A DNA stretch of 64,000 bases, from the NCBI GenBank assembly GCA_963767125.1, contig CAVYDB010000002.1, forward strand, positions 71,991 to 135,990. The letters run 5' to 3'. Below, piece by piece: positions 1-8,620 of this stretch; position 1 is the first letter of the stretch, and the number at the start of each line of letters is the position of its first letter. The position numbers and the translations under genes are program-made. The stretch is from an uncultured Bacteroidota bacterium. Lineage in GTDB: Bacteria; Bacteroidota; Bacteroidia; JABEUT01. The notes below the pieces were generated by a model, which saw only the letters and a program-made list of their open reading frames with translations, was not told the DNA's origin and did no database searches.

Positions 1-29
1 AAAGAGTAGCAAGAGACCTTGCTAATGCA

Positions 30-1481
30 ATGAAGAATAAGGAACTTAAAACCGTGAAAAAGGATGAAATAGATTCTAGTATTCCATTTGAAGATAATAC
101 CTTAAAACAGTTAAAGAGTATTGGTGTGAACCCAAAGGAAGATTCCAATAAAGCCGAAAATGCCATAGGGGAAATTAACACTAGTTCTGACTTAAACCTT
201 TTTCCTGTCGAGGTTTTTCCAAATACTCTACAAGAAGTAATTAATGCAACAAATAAGGATTTAAACTATCCGATTGATTTTATTGGTTCTGCAATTCTTG
301 CGGCTTCCTCAGCTGCAATAGGCAATACTTGTAAGGTAGTTGTCAAAAAGGGCTGGATTGAATCTGCATTAATATATATTGTGATAATCGGAAGACCAGG
401 AACAGGTAAAAGTCATCCCTTAAAGTTTGCTTTTAGACCAATACAAAAACGAGACACCGACTCATTTAAAAAGTTCAAAGAGGAAAAGGCACGGATTGAA
501 GCAATGGAAAAAGAAGAAAGAAAAAAATATGAAAGTGAAAATGAAAAACCAGTCTGGAATAGAATACTTGTAACGGATTTCACAATTGAAGCCCTGACTT
601 CTGTAATGAATAATAATTACAGGGGTGTTGCTGTTTTTGTAGATGAATTAGCTGGATGGATTAAAAGTTTCAACCGCTATACGAAAGGTAAGGGAAATGA
701 ACAAGAATTTTGGTTAACAGTTTGGAGTGGAGGCACAATTCGAGTTGATAGGAAAAATTCTGACCCCATTTTAATTGAATATCCCTTTGTGCCTGTTTGC
801 GGTACAATTCAGCCATCTATACTTGAAAAGATAGGAAAAATTGATTTATCTGAAAACGGGTTTATAGATAGGATTCTGTTTACAATTTCCAGTAACAACA
901 AAAAACATTATTTGAATGATAATCAAATCCCTGAATCTATTGAAGAAAATTGGAATAACATCGTTTCTAAAATGCTCGATATTCCTTTGATGATAGATGA
1001 AGGAGAGTTAAAACCTAAGTTACTTATATTTTCTGTAGATGGTTATAAAGCTTGGGCTAGATGGAATAAATTGAATACAGATAGGTGTAATAGTGAAGAA
1101 AGCGACATCCTTACAAATGTATTTAGTAAGCTTGATATGTATGTAGTGCGTCTTTCTTTAATCTTACAAATATTGTACTGGGCTTGTAAAAATGAAAGTG
1201 ATTACGAGATTAGTTTAGAGGCTGTACAGGGGGCAATCAAACTTGTAGAATACTTTCGAATTAATGCAATAAAGGCTAATGCAATTATTTCAAATCTAGT
1301 TGAAAGTCTTCCAACCGGCAAGAGGAAGATATACGAGGCCCTAACAGATGAATTTACAACAGCAGATGGCTTAATTGTTGCTCGTGAATTCGGAATGCCA
1401 GAAAAAACTTTTAAGAATTTTTTGAATGATAAGAATCTGTTTGAAAAAATCAGACATGGATTTTATTCAAAGAAGTACTAG
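30..1481 (+). CDS. DUF3987-like P-loop NTPase (primase/helicase-associated protein of Bacteroidota integrative/mobilizable elements)
   Basis: 483-aa ORF with Walker A 'GRPGTGKS' and Walker B-like 'VFVDELAGW'. It lies directly upstream of a Zn-ribbon/Toprim gene and a tyrosine integrase. The frame stays open back to base 3, so the true start may lie left of the window. Confidence 0.6.
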   Translation: MKNKELKTVKKDEIDSSIPFEDNTLKQLKSIGVNPKEDSNKAENAIGEINTSSDLNLFPVEVFPNTLQEVINATNKDLNYPIDFIGSAILAASSAAIGNTCKVVVKKGWIESALIYIVIIGRPGTGKSHPLKFAFRPIQKRDTDSFKKFKEEKARIEAMEKEERKKYESENEKPVWNRILVTDFTIEALTSVMNNNYRGVAVFVDELAGWIKSFNRYTKGKGNEQEFWLTVWSGGTIRVDRKNSDPILIEYPFVPVCGTIQPSILEKIGKIDLSENGFIDRILFTISSNNKKHYLNDNQIPESIEENWNNIVSKMLDIPLMIDEGELKPKLLIFSVDGYKAWARWNKLNTDRCNSEESDILTNVFSKLDMYVVRLSLILQILYWACKNESDYEISLEAVQGAIKLVEYFRINAIKANAIISNLVESLPTGKRKIYEALTDEFTTADGLIVAREFGMPEKTFKNFLNDKNLFEKIRHGFYSKKY

Positions 1482-1536
1482 TAGGTAGAATTATTGACCT
1501 TATCGGCTTTTTAAAAAAATAAATAAAATAACAAAT

Positions 1537-1779
1537 ATGGAACAAAATCATAGATTCTCTTTAGAGAAATACAAAGGAATTACTAGTCGCTTTACTTGCC
1601 CTAATTGCGGGCATAAAAATATTTTCAGTCGCTATATCGATAATGATACTGGAGCCTATCTACATGAGAAAGTAGGTAGATGTAATCGTGAAGATAAATG
1701 TGGTTATCATTATAAGCCGAACGAGTTTTTTAAGGACACTCCGACATATATATTAAGCGAATCAACTGGAAATTATATA
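1537..1779 (+). pseudogene. 5' fragment of a Zn-ribbon/Toprim (primase-like) gene, interrupted by an IS
   Basis: Contains 'CPNCGHKN...GRCNREDKCGYHYKP', the Cys4 zinc-ribbon N-terminus typical of Bacteroidota mobile-element primase-like proteins. The ORF runs into the IS left inverted repeat and stops at 1809 inside the IS. Confidence 0.6.
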
Positions 1780-1841
1780 GTGTACCCCAAAATTAGGGCA
1801 GGTTGTTAAGGTGGAAAAATAAACCTTAAATTTACCTGACT

Positions 1842-2132
1842 ATGGAAAGAAAACCAAGACGTAATTTCAGTTCAGACTTCAAGGCTAAAGTAGTCATTGA
1901 AGCATTAAAAGAGCGGAGCAGTATGGAAGAACTTGCCCGCAAGTATGAACTACATCCTAATCAAATCAGTACCTGGAAGAAAGACTTTTTAGAAAAAGCG
2001 GCTACTGTTTTTGAGGACAGCTCAAGCAGGAAAGAAGAGCGACAACAAGAGCAGGCGGATATAGAAAAACTATATGCCCAGATAGGAAGGTTGAAGATGG
2101 ATAATGAATGGCTCAAAAAAAAATTACAGTAA
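1842..2132 (+). CDS. IS3-family transposase OrfA (HTH)
   Basis: 96 aa beginning 'RRNFSSDFKAKVVIEALKE', followed by a leucine-zipper-like C-terminus. This is the typical IS3 OrfA. Confidence 0.85.
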   Translation: MERKPRRNFSSDFKAKVVIEALKERSSMEELARKYELHPNQISTWKKDFLEKAATVFEDSSSRKEERQQEQADIEKLYAQIGRLKMDNEWLKKKLQ

Positions 2133-2959
2133 AACCATTACCGGAGCGCAGAGCAATGATAGAGAAAGATAAGGATATAAGTATACGCCATCAGTGTGAA
2201 CTTGCCTGTATTCACCGTAGCGGGTTGTATTATAAACCTATGCAGGAGAGCGAAGATAATCTCCACCTGATGCGATTGGTGGATGAGAAGTATCTGCAAA
2301 CCCCTTTTTACGGAGTGCGCAAACTCACATACTGGCTCAGAACCGAAGGGCATCGTGTTAATGCAAAACGCGTCAAACGACTAATGGACCTAATGGGCTG
2401 GCAAACCCTCTATCGCAAGCCCAATACCAGCAAGCCAGGTAAAAGACAGTTAATATATGAATACTTGCTTAAAGGCTTGAAAACCACCCACAGCAATCAG
2501 GCATGGGCTGTGGATATAACCTATATTCCCATGCGTAGAGGGTTTATGTATTTATGTGCCATTATAGACCTTCATACCCGGTATGTGGTGAACTGGAGCA
2601 TTAGCAATACCATGACCTCCCAATGGTGCTGTCAGGTACTTAACGAAGCCATAGAACAATATGGCAAACCGGAAATTATCAACTCTGACCAAGGTAGTCA
2701 GTTTACTTCTGATGAATGGTTTAAAGCCTGTGAGGGAATAAAAATAAGCATGGATGGTAAAGGTAGAGCGTTAGATAATATATTTATAGAGCGCTTATGG
2801 AAGTCCGTCAAATATGAATGTGTATACTTACATGCCTTTGAAGATGGCGTAGAACTCTATAACGGAATACATCGGTATTTTACCTTTTACAACCATGAAC
2901 GAATCCATCAATCTCTGGACTATAAAACACCCGCATCCATGTACCCACAGGCAGCTTAA
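2108..2959 (+). CDS. IS3-family transposase OrfB (DDE integrase core), probably made as an OrfAB fusion by -1 frameshifting
   Basis: DDE residues sit in 'WAVDITY', 'INSDQGSQF' and 'ERLWKSVKYE'. The frame is -1 relative to orfA and overlaps it across the A-run. Confidence 0.85.
   Translation: MAQKKITVKPLPERRAMIEKDKDISIRHQCELACIHRSGLYYKPMQESEDNLHLMRLVDEKYLQTPFYGVRKLTYWLRTEGHRVNAKRVKRLMDLMGWQTLYRKPNTSKPGKRQLIYEYLLKGLKTTHSNQAWAVDITYIPMRRGFMYLCAIIDLHTRYVVNWSISNTMTSQWCCQVLNEAIEQYGKPEIINSDQGSQFTSDEWFKACEGIKISMDGKGRALDNIFIERLWKSVKYECVYLHAFEDGVELYNGIHRYFTFYNHERIHQSLDYKTPASMYPQAA
2115..2123 (+). promoter_or_regulatory. Programmed -1 ribosomal frameshift slippery run (A9) of the IS3 transposase
   Basis: A run of 9 A residues lies in the orfA/orfB overlap, with orfB in the -1 frame. 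This is standard IS3-family architecture. Confidence 0.6.
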
Positions 2960-3077
2960 AAGTTATTAACAAATTAACACTTATCAACAAAGAAAAAAGA
3001 AGCAAAAAAGAAAATGACAACAACAATAACAAAACAACTTAACTTTGACTTACTCCTGTCCTAACATTGGGGTACAC

Positions 3078-3833
3078 TATAATTATTCAACTACTAAGCA
3101 ACCTAAAAAAGATAATTGTTTCTCCTATATCTTATTTGATTATGTACGATGGAGCATTGATCCGTCGGATAAGAATTACTTCTTAGAATATCTATCAAGC
3201 CTATTCGACAATAAATCGGTTGATACTATTAAGAATCGATATTATATCGGTGCCTCAAATCATTGGAATGGAGCAACAATATTTTGGCAAATCAACTTTG
3301 AAAGTGAAGTAAAGACCGGAAGAATTATGTTGTACAATTCTAAAACTGGTAAAAGAGTAAAGGAACCATTTAATCATATTACATGGTATCATGTAATAGA
3401 AGAAATTGAATGTCCCTATGGCAGTAATAGAAAGTTTTTATTGGAGCAATGTTTCTTTGGTGAACATCTTCTGAAATTAGAACCGAATAAACCTGTTGCA
3501 ATAGTAGAGAGTGAAAAAACAGCAGTAATAGCAAGTGTCTATTATCCCGAATATATATGGTTAAGTGCAGGAGGCATTAATGGGCTTACCCTCGAAAAAT
3601 GCCAGGTATTGAAGGGTAGGGATGTTTGTTTGTATCCAGATTTAAACGCTTACAATAAATGGAATGAAAAGATGAAAACCATATCATATTTAGGAAATTT
3701 TACAATTTCTGACTTATTGGAAAAGATAGCCAACCCAGAGGAAAAAGGAAATGGGCTGGATCTGGCGGATTACCTCACTAAATATCCCCTTGAACTATTT
3801 ATTCGAGATGCCGAGAATGCCAATAATTTCTAA
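3078..3833 (+). pseudogene. 3' fragment of the Zn-ribbon/Toprim (primase-like) gene
   Basis: Contains 'GATIFWQINFESEVKTGRIMLYN', 'KPVAIVESEKTAVIAS' and 'WLSAGGINGL', a Toprim-like acidic core. It continues the domain order begun at 1537. The TTG start at 3045 in the ORF track lies inside the IS. Confidence 0.55.
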
Positions 3834-3919
3834 AATAATTTAGAAAACCGTTGCGTATTATGTTTTATAGGAGGGACTTTGCCCTATGAAATAATAATAA
3901 AAATCATCTGAAATAAATT

Positions 3920-5203
3920 ATGGCACATTTAAAATTTATCGTTAGAACGCAGAAAAATGTACTAAACCAAGACGGAAGTTCAATTATCTTTTTAAGATAT
4001 ACGCACCGCAGTAAAGTGACTTTATTCTCCGCAGAAAGAACAATAAACCCAGATTTCTGGGACAAAAAAAGAGGTTGTGTTAAACAATCTTATAAAGGTT
4101 TCAGCGCATTTAATATGTATTTAGATAAGTTTCGACAGGGGATAGAAGATTATGTTCACAAAGCATTATCTGATGAGATTGAACCTACTATTGAATACAT
4201 TAGAAGTAAGGTCAGATTAAAAATTGAAAAGAAAGAGGCAAAAGCTTCTCAACTTGGTTTCTTCTCATTTGTTGAGCAGTATATTGAAGGTGCAAAGGTT
4301 AACAAGAAAAAGTCTACCATAACTGCCTATAAAAACTCCCTAAGACATCTGCGAGAATTTAAAGTTTATAATAGAGAGCCGTTAACTTTTGATTCTTTCG
4401 GTTTGGATTTTTACGACAAGTTTAACTATTACATTATTGAAGTTAAACATTGCGGAAATAACGCCTTTGGAAAGCAAATAAAGACGTTAAAAACCTTCTT
4501 AAATGAAGCGATTGAAAGAGGATATGAGGTAAACCCTTCTTTCCGAAGTAAAAAATTCAAGATAGTAACGGAAGATGTTGAGAATATTTACCTGACGGAA
4601 GCGGAATTAGGAAAATTACTTGCTCTTGACCTTTCTCACGATTTACGTTTAGAAAAAATACGGGATTTATTTATTGTAGGCTGTTACACAGGATTAAGGT
4701 TTTCGGATTTTTCAGAAATTAAACCTGAAAATATAAGGAATGAATGTATCTACATCAGAACTATTAAAACACAGCAAAATGTTGTAATTCCCTTTCACCC
4801 TTATGTCCGTCAAATAATGGCAAAATACGAAGGTAAATACCCTAATCATTTACCTCCTTCCATAAGTAACCAAAAGATGAATAACTACTTGAAAGAAATT
4901 GGAAAACTGGCAAAACTAGATGAAAATATACTTCTTTCAAGAACTAAAGGAAGTAGGTTAGTTGAGAATATCTACAAAAAATACGAATTAATAACTACCC
5001 ACACAGCAAGAAGGTCATTTGCTACTAACCTTTTTAAACAAGGCTTTCCAAGTTTGAATATTATGAAAATCACAGGACATAAAACGGAAAAATCGTTTAT
5101 GCGCTATGTTAAGGTCAAGGAAGAAGAGGCTGCACTAATGTTAAAGAAGCATTGGGATTCATATTACCAAAATACACCTTCACTCCTATCGAAAATTGCC
5201 TAG
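3920..5203 (+). CDS. Tyrosine site-specific recombinase/integrase (Bacteroidota type with an N-terminal arm-binding domain)
   Basis: 427 aa with catalytic-region motifs 'GLRFSD' (Arg), 'HTARRSFATN' (HxxR) and 'GHKTEKSFMRYV' (His/Tyr). Confidence 0.9.
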   Translation: MAHLKFIVRTQKNVLNQDGSSIIFLRYTHRSKVTLFSAERTINPDFWDKKRGCVKQSYKGFSAFNMYLDKFRQGIEDYVHKALSDEIEPTIEYIRSKVRLKIEKKEAKASQLGFFSFVEQYIEGAKVNKKKSTITAYKNSLRHLREFKVYNREPLTFDSFGLDFYDKFNYYIIEVKHCGNNAFGKQIKTLKTFLNEAIERGYEVNPSFRSKKFKIVTEDVENIYLTEAELGKLLALDLSHDLRLEKIRDLFIVGCYTGLRFSDFSEIKPENIRNECIYIRTIKTQQNVVIPFHPYVRQIMAKYEGKYPNHLPPSISNQKMNNYLKEIGKLAKLDENILLSRTKGSRLVENIYKKYELITTHTARRSFATNLFKQGFPSLNIMKITGHKTEKSFMRYVKVKEEEAALMLKKHWDSYYQNTPSLLSKIA

Positions 5204-5304
5204 TTGAATTAACTTATCCGGAACGCATTTGACAGATTTTGATAAACAAGTTGAAGATTCATTCGTAAAATCAAAGAAAACGCTTAAAATCCATATTGGA
5301 ATAT

Positions 5305-5334
5305 GAAATTAGGGAAATCCAAGCCAGTATTAAG
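5305..5334. repeat. att-like imperfect direct repeat, copy A
   Basis: GAAATTAGGGAAATCCAAGCCAGTATTAAG resembles 15256-15294. Shared blocks are GAAATT, GGG, AAA, CCAAG and CAGTATTAAG. It lies about 100 bp past the integrase stop. Confidence 0.3.
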
Positions 5335-5421
5335 ATATATTTGCCATAGAATTCAAAAACTAAAAAACAAAGACATAGAAAAAACATAAAATAATTACAT
5401 ATCAGCGTTATCTGATTCTTT

Positions 5422-5532
5422 GTAGTTAAAAACTGCGAAAATTTCAACAGAACAAAGGATAGGATGAACGCTCACGCAAAGCGTGGGCTTTATCTTGTCT
5501 GTTCTGTAGGTGCTTCGCAGTACCTTAACTAC
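5422..5532 (+). other. Long imperfect hairpin (~111 nt); candidate structured RNA, leader or ssDNA origin element
   Basis: Nested stems: 5422-5429/5525-5532, 5433-5439/5514-5520, 5448-5454/5500-5506, then a near-continuous helix 5458-5477/5481-5499 closed by an AAA loop. Confidence 0.5.
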
Positions 5533-5605
5533 GGCAGGTAAATGTCCCACGCTGATTTTTTATATAAACACCTATTTGGGACATTGGGGATAAAGACCAA
5601 CACCC

Positions 5606-6097
5606 ATGAAAAAATTGCTGTTATTATTTGTTGCTTCATTTTTATTTTCAACTTCGCAGTCACAAACTCCCAAATCTCTGTTAGGACAGTTGAAAATAGT
5701 TCCTCCCAATTCTAATTTGGATTCTATCCCTGAATCTAAAAAAGTTAATGACAGAGAATGTCTCGCGAATAATCTCGCGGAAGATACATCAATTTATACA
5801 AAGGTTAAACAAAATCCTAAGTTTCCCGGTGACCTTTACTTATGGCTTTCAAATCATATTGAATACCCAGAACAAGCAAAGGATTCCAATTTACAGGGTA
5901 TTGTTTATGCATCTTTTGTTGTTGAAATGAATGGTTCAGTTTCACGGAGTAAAATTGTGAAGGGTATAAATAAATTGATAGATGAAGAGGTTTTAGAGGT
6001 CATTTCTGAAATGCCAAAGTGGGAGCCAGGGAGAAATAATAAAGGGCAAATTGTGAGAGTTCAATTCACTCTACCAATTCACTTTTCGAATAGATAG
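5606..6097 (+). CDS. Secreted TonB C-terminal-domain protein
   Basis: Signal peptide 'MKKLLLLFVASFLFSTSQS'. The C-terminus 'PKFPGD...YPEQAKDSNLQGIVYASFVVEMNGSV...PKWEPG...V' matches the TonB_C layout. Confidence 0.65.
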   Translation: MKKLLLLFVASFLFSTSQSQTPKSLLGQLKIVPPNSNLDSIPESKKVNDRECLANNLAEDTSIYTKVKQNPKFPGDLYLWLSNHIEYPEQAKDSNLQGIVYASFVVEMNGSVSRSKIVKGINKLIDEEVLEVISEMPKWEPGRNNKGQIVRVQFTLPIHFSNR

Positions 6098-6255
6098 ATA
6101 TTTAAATGACCAGATTCAATACACCCGAGCAGGATAACTGAACAAAGAGGAACAATCACCTTCATCTTTCCCTGCAATAAATTTTCTTGATTTTATTGGT
6201 TGGACATTCCAAATTAAGTAGGACTGTTGCCCCAATTATTAAAACAAATAAAATC

Positions 6256-6669
6256 ATGGAAACAAAAATCAACGCCAGTTTCATTAAGAGAGCATCCTAT
6301 GCTACCCTTAGTCAACTGTGCAAACAAATGAATGTTGAATTTGAAAATCAATCTAAAGAAAAATTGCAAGAACTTCTTATTACTCAACTTAAACCTGAAG
6401 AGAAGCAAGTGATAAGCCCCGAACTAAAAGAAGCTGCTAAGGGAAATTCGACTGTAAAGAAGGTAGTAAAAAAGATAATTCATACTAAACCCACACCAAT
6501 TAAAAAAGCTGATAATGCCAAAAAGGCATCTGGGGTTAAGGAAGAAACTAAGTCGAGTAAAATCCTTGCTCTTTATTTAAAAGGCAAAAAAGTAAGTGAG
6601 ATAAGTACAGCATTAAATGCCCACCCTTCCTTCTGTTATACTGTAATAACTAAGCATAAAAAGAAATAA
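6256..6669 (+). CDS. Lys-rich putative DNA-binding protein (SAP/Rho-N-like N-terminus, HTH-like C-terminus)
   Basis: I take the start at ATG 6256 rather than the TTG at 6187. 'ATLSQLCKQMNVEFENQSKEKLQELLITQL' resembles a helix-extended-helix motif. The centre is Lys-rich, and 'KKVSEISTALNAHPSFCYTVI' is HTH-like. A terminator follows. Confidence 0.4.
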   Translation: METKINASFIKRASYATLSQLCKQMNVEFENQSKEKLQELLITQLKPEEKQVISPELKEAAKGNSTVKKVVKKIIHTKPTPIKKADNAKKASGVKEETKSSKILALYLKGKKVSEISTALNAHPSFCYTVITKHKKK

Positions 6670-6683
6670 CATTAAGAAGACAG

Positions 6684-6710
6684 AATGCCACTCTTTTGGG
6701 TGGCATTTTT
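6684..6710 (+). terminator. Rho-independent terminator
   Basis: Stem AATGCCAC (6684-6691) pairs with GTGGCATT (6700-6707), followed by a T-run. Confidence 0.65.
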
Positions 6711-6734
6711 GCATCTTAACAATAACTTAGACAT

Positions 6735-7158
6735 ATGCTTATACCTGTAAACAAAAAACGGAGGGAAGAACCTATTCAAAGGGCTCTAGATATATATTTT
6801 ATTTTAAGAGAAATATTGTACTCTAAACATAAATTCGACCAAGAAAAAGAACACTTCTATAGTATAATTCTCTCCTCGAATAAAAGGATAAAATGTATCG
6901 ATGAAGTTTCAATCGGTAGTAGCCGTTCAACAATTGTTCATCGGAGAGAAGTATTCCGATTTGCAATTCTAAAAGGAGCCCAGGCGATTATAGTAGCCCA
7001 TAATCATCCTTCAGGAAGTCTTGTCCCAAGTGAAGAAGATAAAAAAGACCATTAAGATTCTAGTTGAGGCTGGTAAAATTCTGAATATACCTATTCTTGA
7101 TAGTCTAATTATCTCTCCTAGGAATTATTACAGCTTCTTGGGAGATAATTCTCTATAA
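6735..7158 (+). pseudogene. radC: RadC-like JAMM protein (DUF2466), frameshifted
   Basis: 'VAHNHPSGSLVPSEEDK' is the JAMM HxHxxxxxxxxxxD-type motif. The frame breaks in the A6 run at 7041-7046. The next frame continues with the expected RadC C-terminus 'TIKILVEAGKILNIPILDSLIISPRNYYSF' to the stop at 7156-7158. Confidence 0.75.
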
Positions 7159-7248
7159 ACTTTAGACCTCATTTAGCTAATTTATTACGTATTATTGCAT
7201 ATTGTTTCTCCACGTATTTATATTATTTATCCCTTTAGTTTCTAATGC

Positions 7249-7911
7249 ATGACTGTCTACTTGAGTTCATTTTATCCATTATGTTCGACAAGGTCAGGGA
7301 AAAAAGCATCAAAGAACTTTAAATTTCCTCCATATATTGATGGTTCATGTAGACGGGAGCCTGATTTTGAGAAACAACATCCTTCTATTACAGGACTTTG
7401 TCGTCCACCTTTTGCAGCAAAACTCTGCAAGGGAGATATAGTAGTTTACACAACAAACAAATTAGGTATTGGTGCACGTAAAGTAGTGGCGGTGTTAGAA
7501 GTTATACATGTTATTCAAAAATCCAATGAAAACCCTAAATTTTCAACACATAAAAAAGCAGCTAAATGGTACTTTGAGAAAAAATATAAATTACCAAATA
7601 ATTTAATGGTAAAAGATAATATCCCTCATCCATTAGTTGAAACAAGCCGGAAAGGTAGGTGGGTAGATTGGGTCGGAGGAAAAAGTCTAAAAGAATGGGA
7701 TAAACATTATTTGGAACGCTCAATAAATACTAATGTTGCGATTTGTAAAGTGCTCTGCAAAGAATTAAATAATCCTATTGAGTTGACAGAAAATGAAATG
7801 TTGAGAATATTTGGGAGAAGACCTGGCACACGAAACCCATCAAAGGTTCAACCTAAAGAATGGGATGATTTTAGGAAGTGGTTATTCAAAAATAGATACA
7901 ATATTAAATAA
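7249..7911 (+). CDS. Hypothetical protein, family not recognised
   Basis: 220-aa ORF with a Cys/Arg-rich N-terminus 'PPYIDGSCRREPDFE...GLCRPPFAAKLCKGDIVVYTT' and a basic, Trp-rich C-terminal half. No family motif that I can name with confidence. Confidence 0.5.
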   Translation: MTVYLSSFYPLCSTRSGKKASKNFKFPPYIDGSCRREPDFEKQHPSITGLCRPPFAAKLCKGDIVVYTTNKLGIGARKVVAVLEVIHVIQKSNENPKFSTHKKAAKWYFEKKYKLPNNLMVKDNIPHPLVETSRKGRWVDWVGGKSLKEWDKHYLERSINTNVAICKVLCKELNNPIELTENEMLRIFGRRPGTRNPSKVQPKEWDDFRKWLFKNRYNIK

Positions 7912-8090
7912 TAACTATAGTTTTTGTTGGGAAGAGGATTGGCAAGTTTGGAGTAATGGATGATAGTCCGAAATGATAGGCATTTTTGACCGTATGTTTG
8001 ACCGCACGCAGTATCTCCCTAATAAATCTTGCTATTTATGCCATATTTCGGAAGAGATACCTGTTCCAATTAGGACAATAGTAAAATTTC

Positions 8091-8098
8091 TACCTTTG
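8091..8098 (+). promoter_or_regulatory. Bacteroidota -7 promoter box (TAnnTTTG)
   Basis: TACCTTTG lies 37 nt upstream of ATG 8135. Confidence 0.4.
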
Positions 8099-8134
8099 CG
8101 GAGGCACTGCGTATCTTCCAATTTAGAGATTATT

Positions 8135-8602
8135 ATGAGGACATTCTTGGAGCAACCTGAAGCGACATTTTACCATGTAACGACAATTGAAAAGTGGGTC
8201 ATAATTCAAGCCAATGGTTTAATACCGAATAATGGACGACTTTTTGTTTCAAGAGTTGGCGAACTGCCAATTCTTCTCGCAATAGCTTTTGAACAATTAC
8301 CTGAAATTTATTCAACCGAAGAAATTATCTTTTTGAAACTACCTCAATCTAAGAATAATTTTATGATTGATGAACTCAAACCTGACAATCAGGCGAGAGT
8401 TGAATGGACTCAACCATTTCAGAATATTATTCTTCGTCAACACATTGCTATTCAAAATATAGAATTAATGATGAGATTGCAATTAGGGCAAGAACCACAG
8501 AGAACATTCACTATTAACTACTTGACCCGCATCGCAAATGCAGGAAGGGAAAATTATCAAAATCACAGTATCACTGCAAGAGCATTACAATTAATTTATT
8601 AA
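8135..8602 (+). CDS. Hypothetical protein with an ADP-ribosyltransferase-fold-like opening motif (speculative)
   Basis: I take the start at ATG 8135; the ORF track extends to 7973, but that stretch contains the promoter box. 'FYHVTTIEKWVIIQANGLIPNNGRLFVSRV' is followed by the strand 'EEIIFLKLP'. Confidence 0.5.
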   Translation: MRTFLEQPEATFYHVTTIEKWVIIQANGLIPNNGRLFVSRVGELPILLAIAFEQLPEIYSTEEIIFLKLPQSKNNFMIDELKPDNQARVEWTQPFQNIILRQHIAIQNIELMMRLQLGQEPQRTFTINYLTRIANAGRENYQNHSITARALQLIY

Positions 8603-8620
8603 AACTGAACCACCTAAAGT

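Larger units (their letters stand above)
1780..3077 (+). mobile_element. IS3-family insertion sequence, apparently complete (~1.3 kb)
   Basis: Terminal inverted repeats: GTGTACCCCAAAATTAGGGCAGG at 1780 versus the reverse complement of 3055-3077, GTGTACCCCAATGTTAGGACAGG (about 20 of 23 match). TATA flanks both sides (1776-1779 and 3078-3081), but the flanks are palindromic, so the exact ends and target-site duplication are ambiguous. Encodes orfA/orfB with an A-run frameshift site. Confidence 0.85.

Noticed and set aside
2138-2353. 71-aa antisense ORF inside the IS3 transposase
   Set aside because: It lies within orfB on the opposite strand and is not a known feature of IS3 elements.
5422-5532. 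Retron msr/msd interpretation of the long hairpin
   Set aside because: No reverse transcriptase gene is present anywhere in the window, so the element is kept only as an unexplained structured feature.
6187-6255. TTG-initiated extension of the Lys-rich protein gene
   Set aside because: The internal ATG at 6256 gives a sensible N-terminus, and the TTG extension has no supporting features.
7973-8134. N-terminal extension of the 8135-8602 ORF back to ATG 7973
   Set aside because: The extension contains a good TACCTTTG promoter box (8091-8098) and has a Cys/Arg/Ser-rich, non-protein-like composition. ATG 8135 is preferred, but this is not proven.
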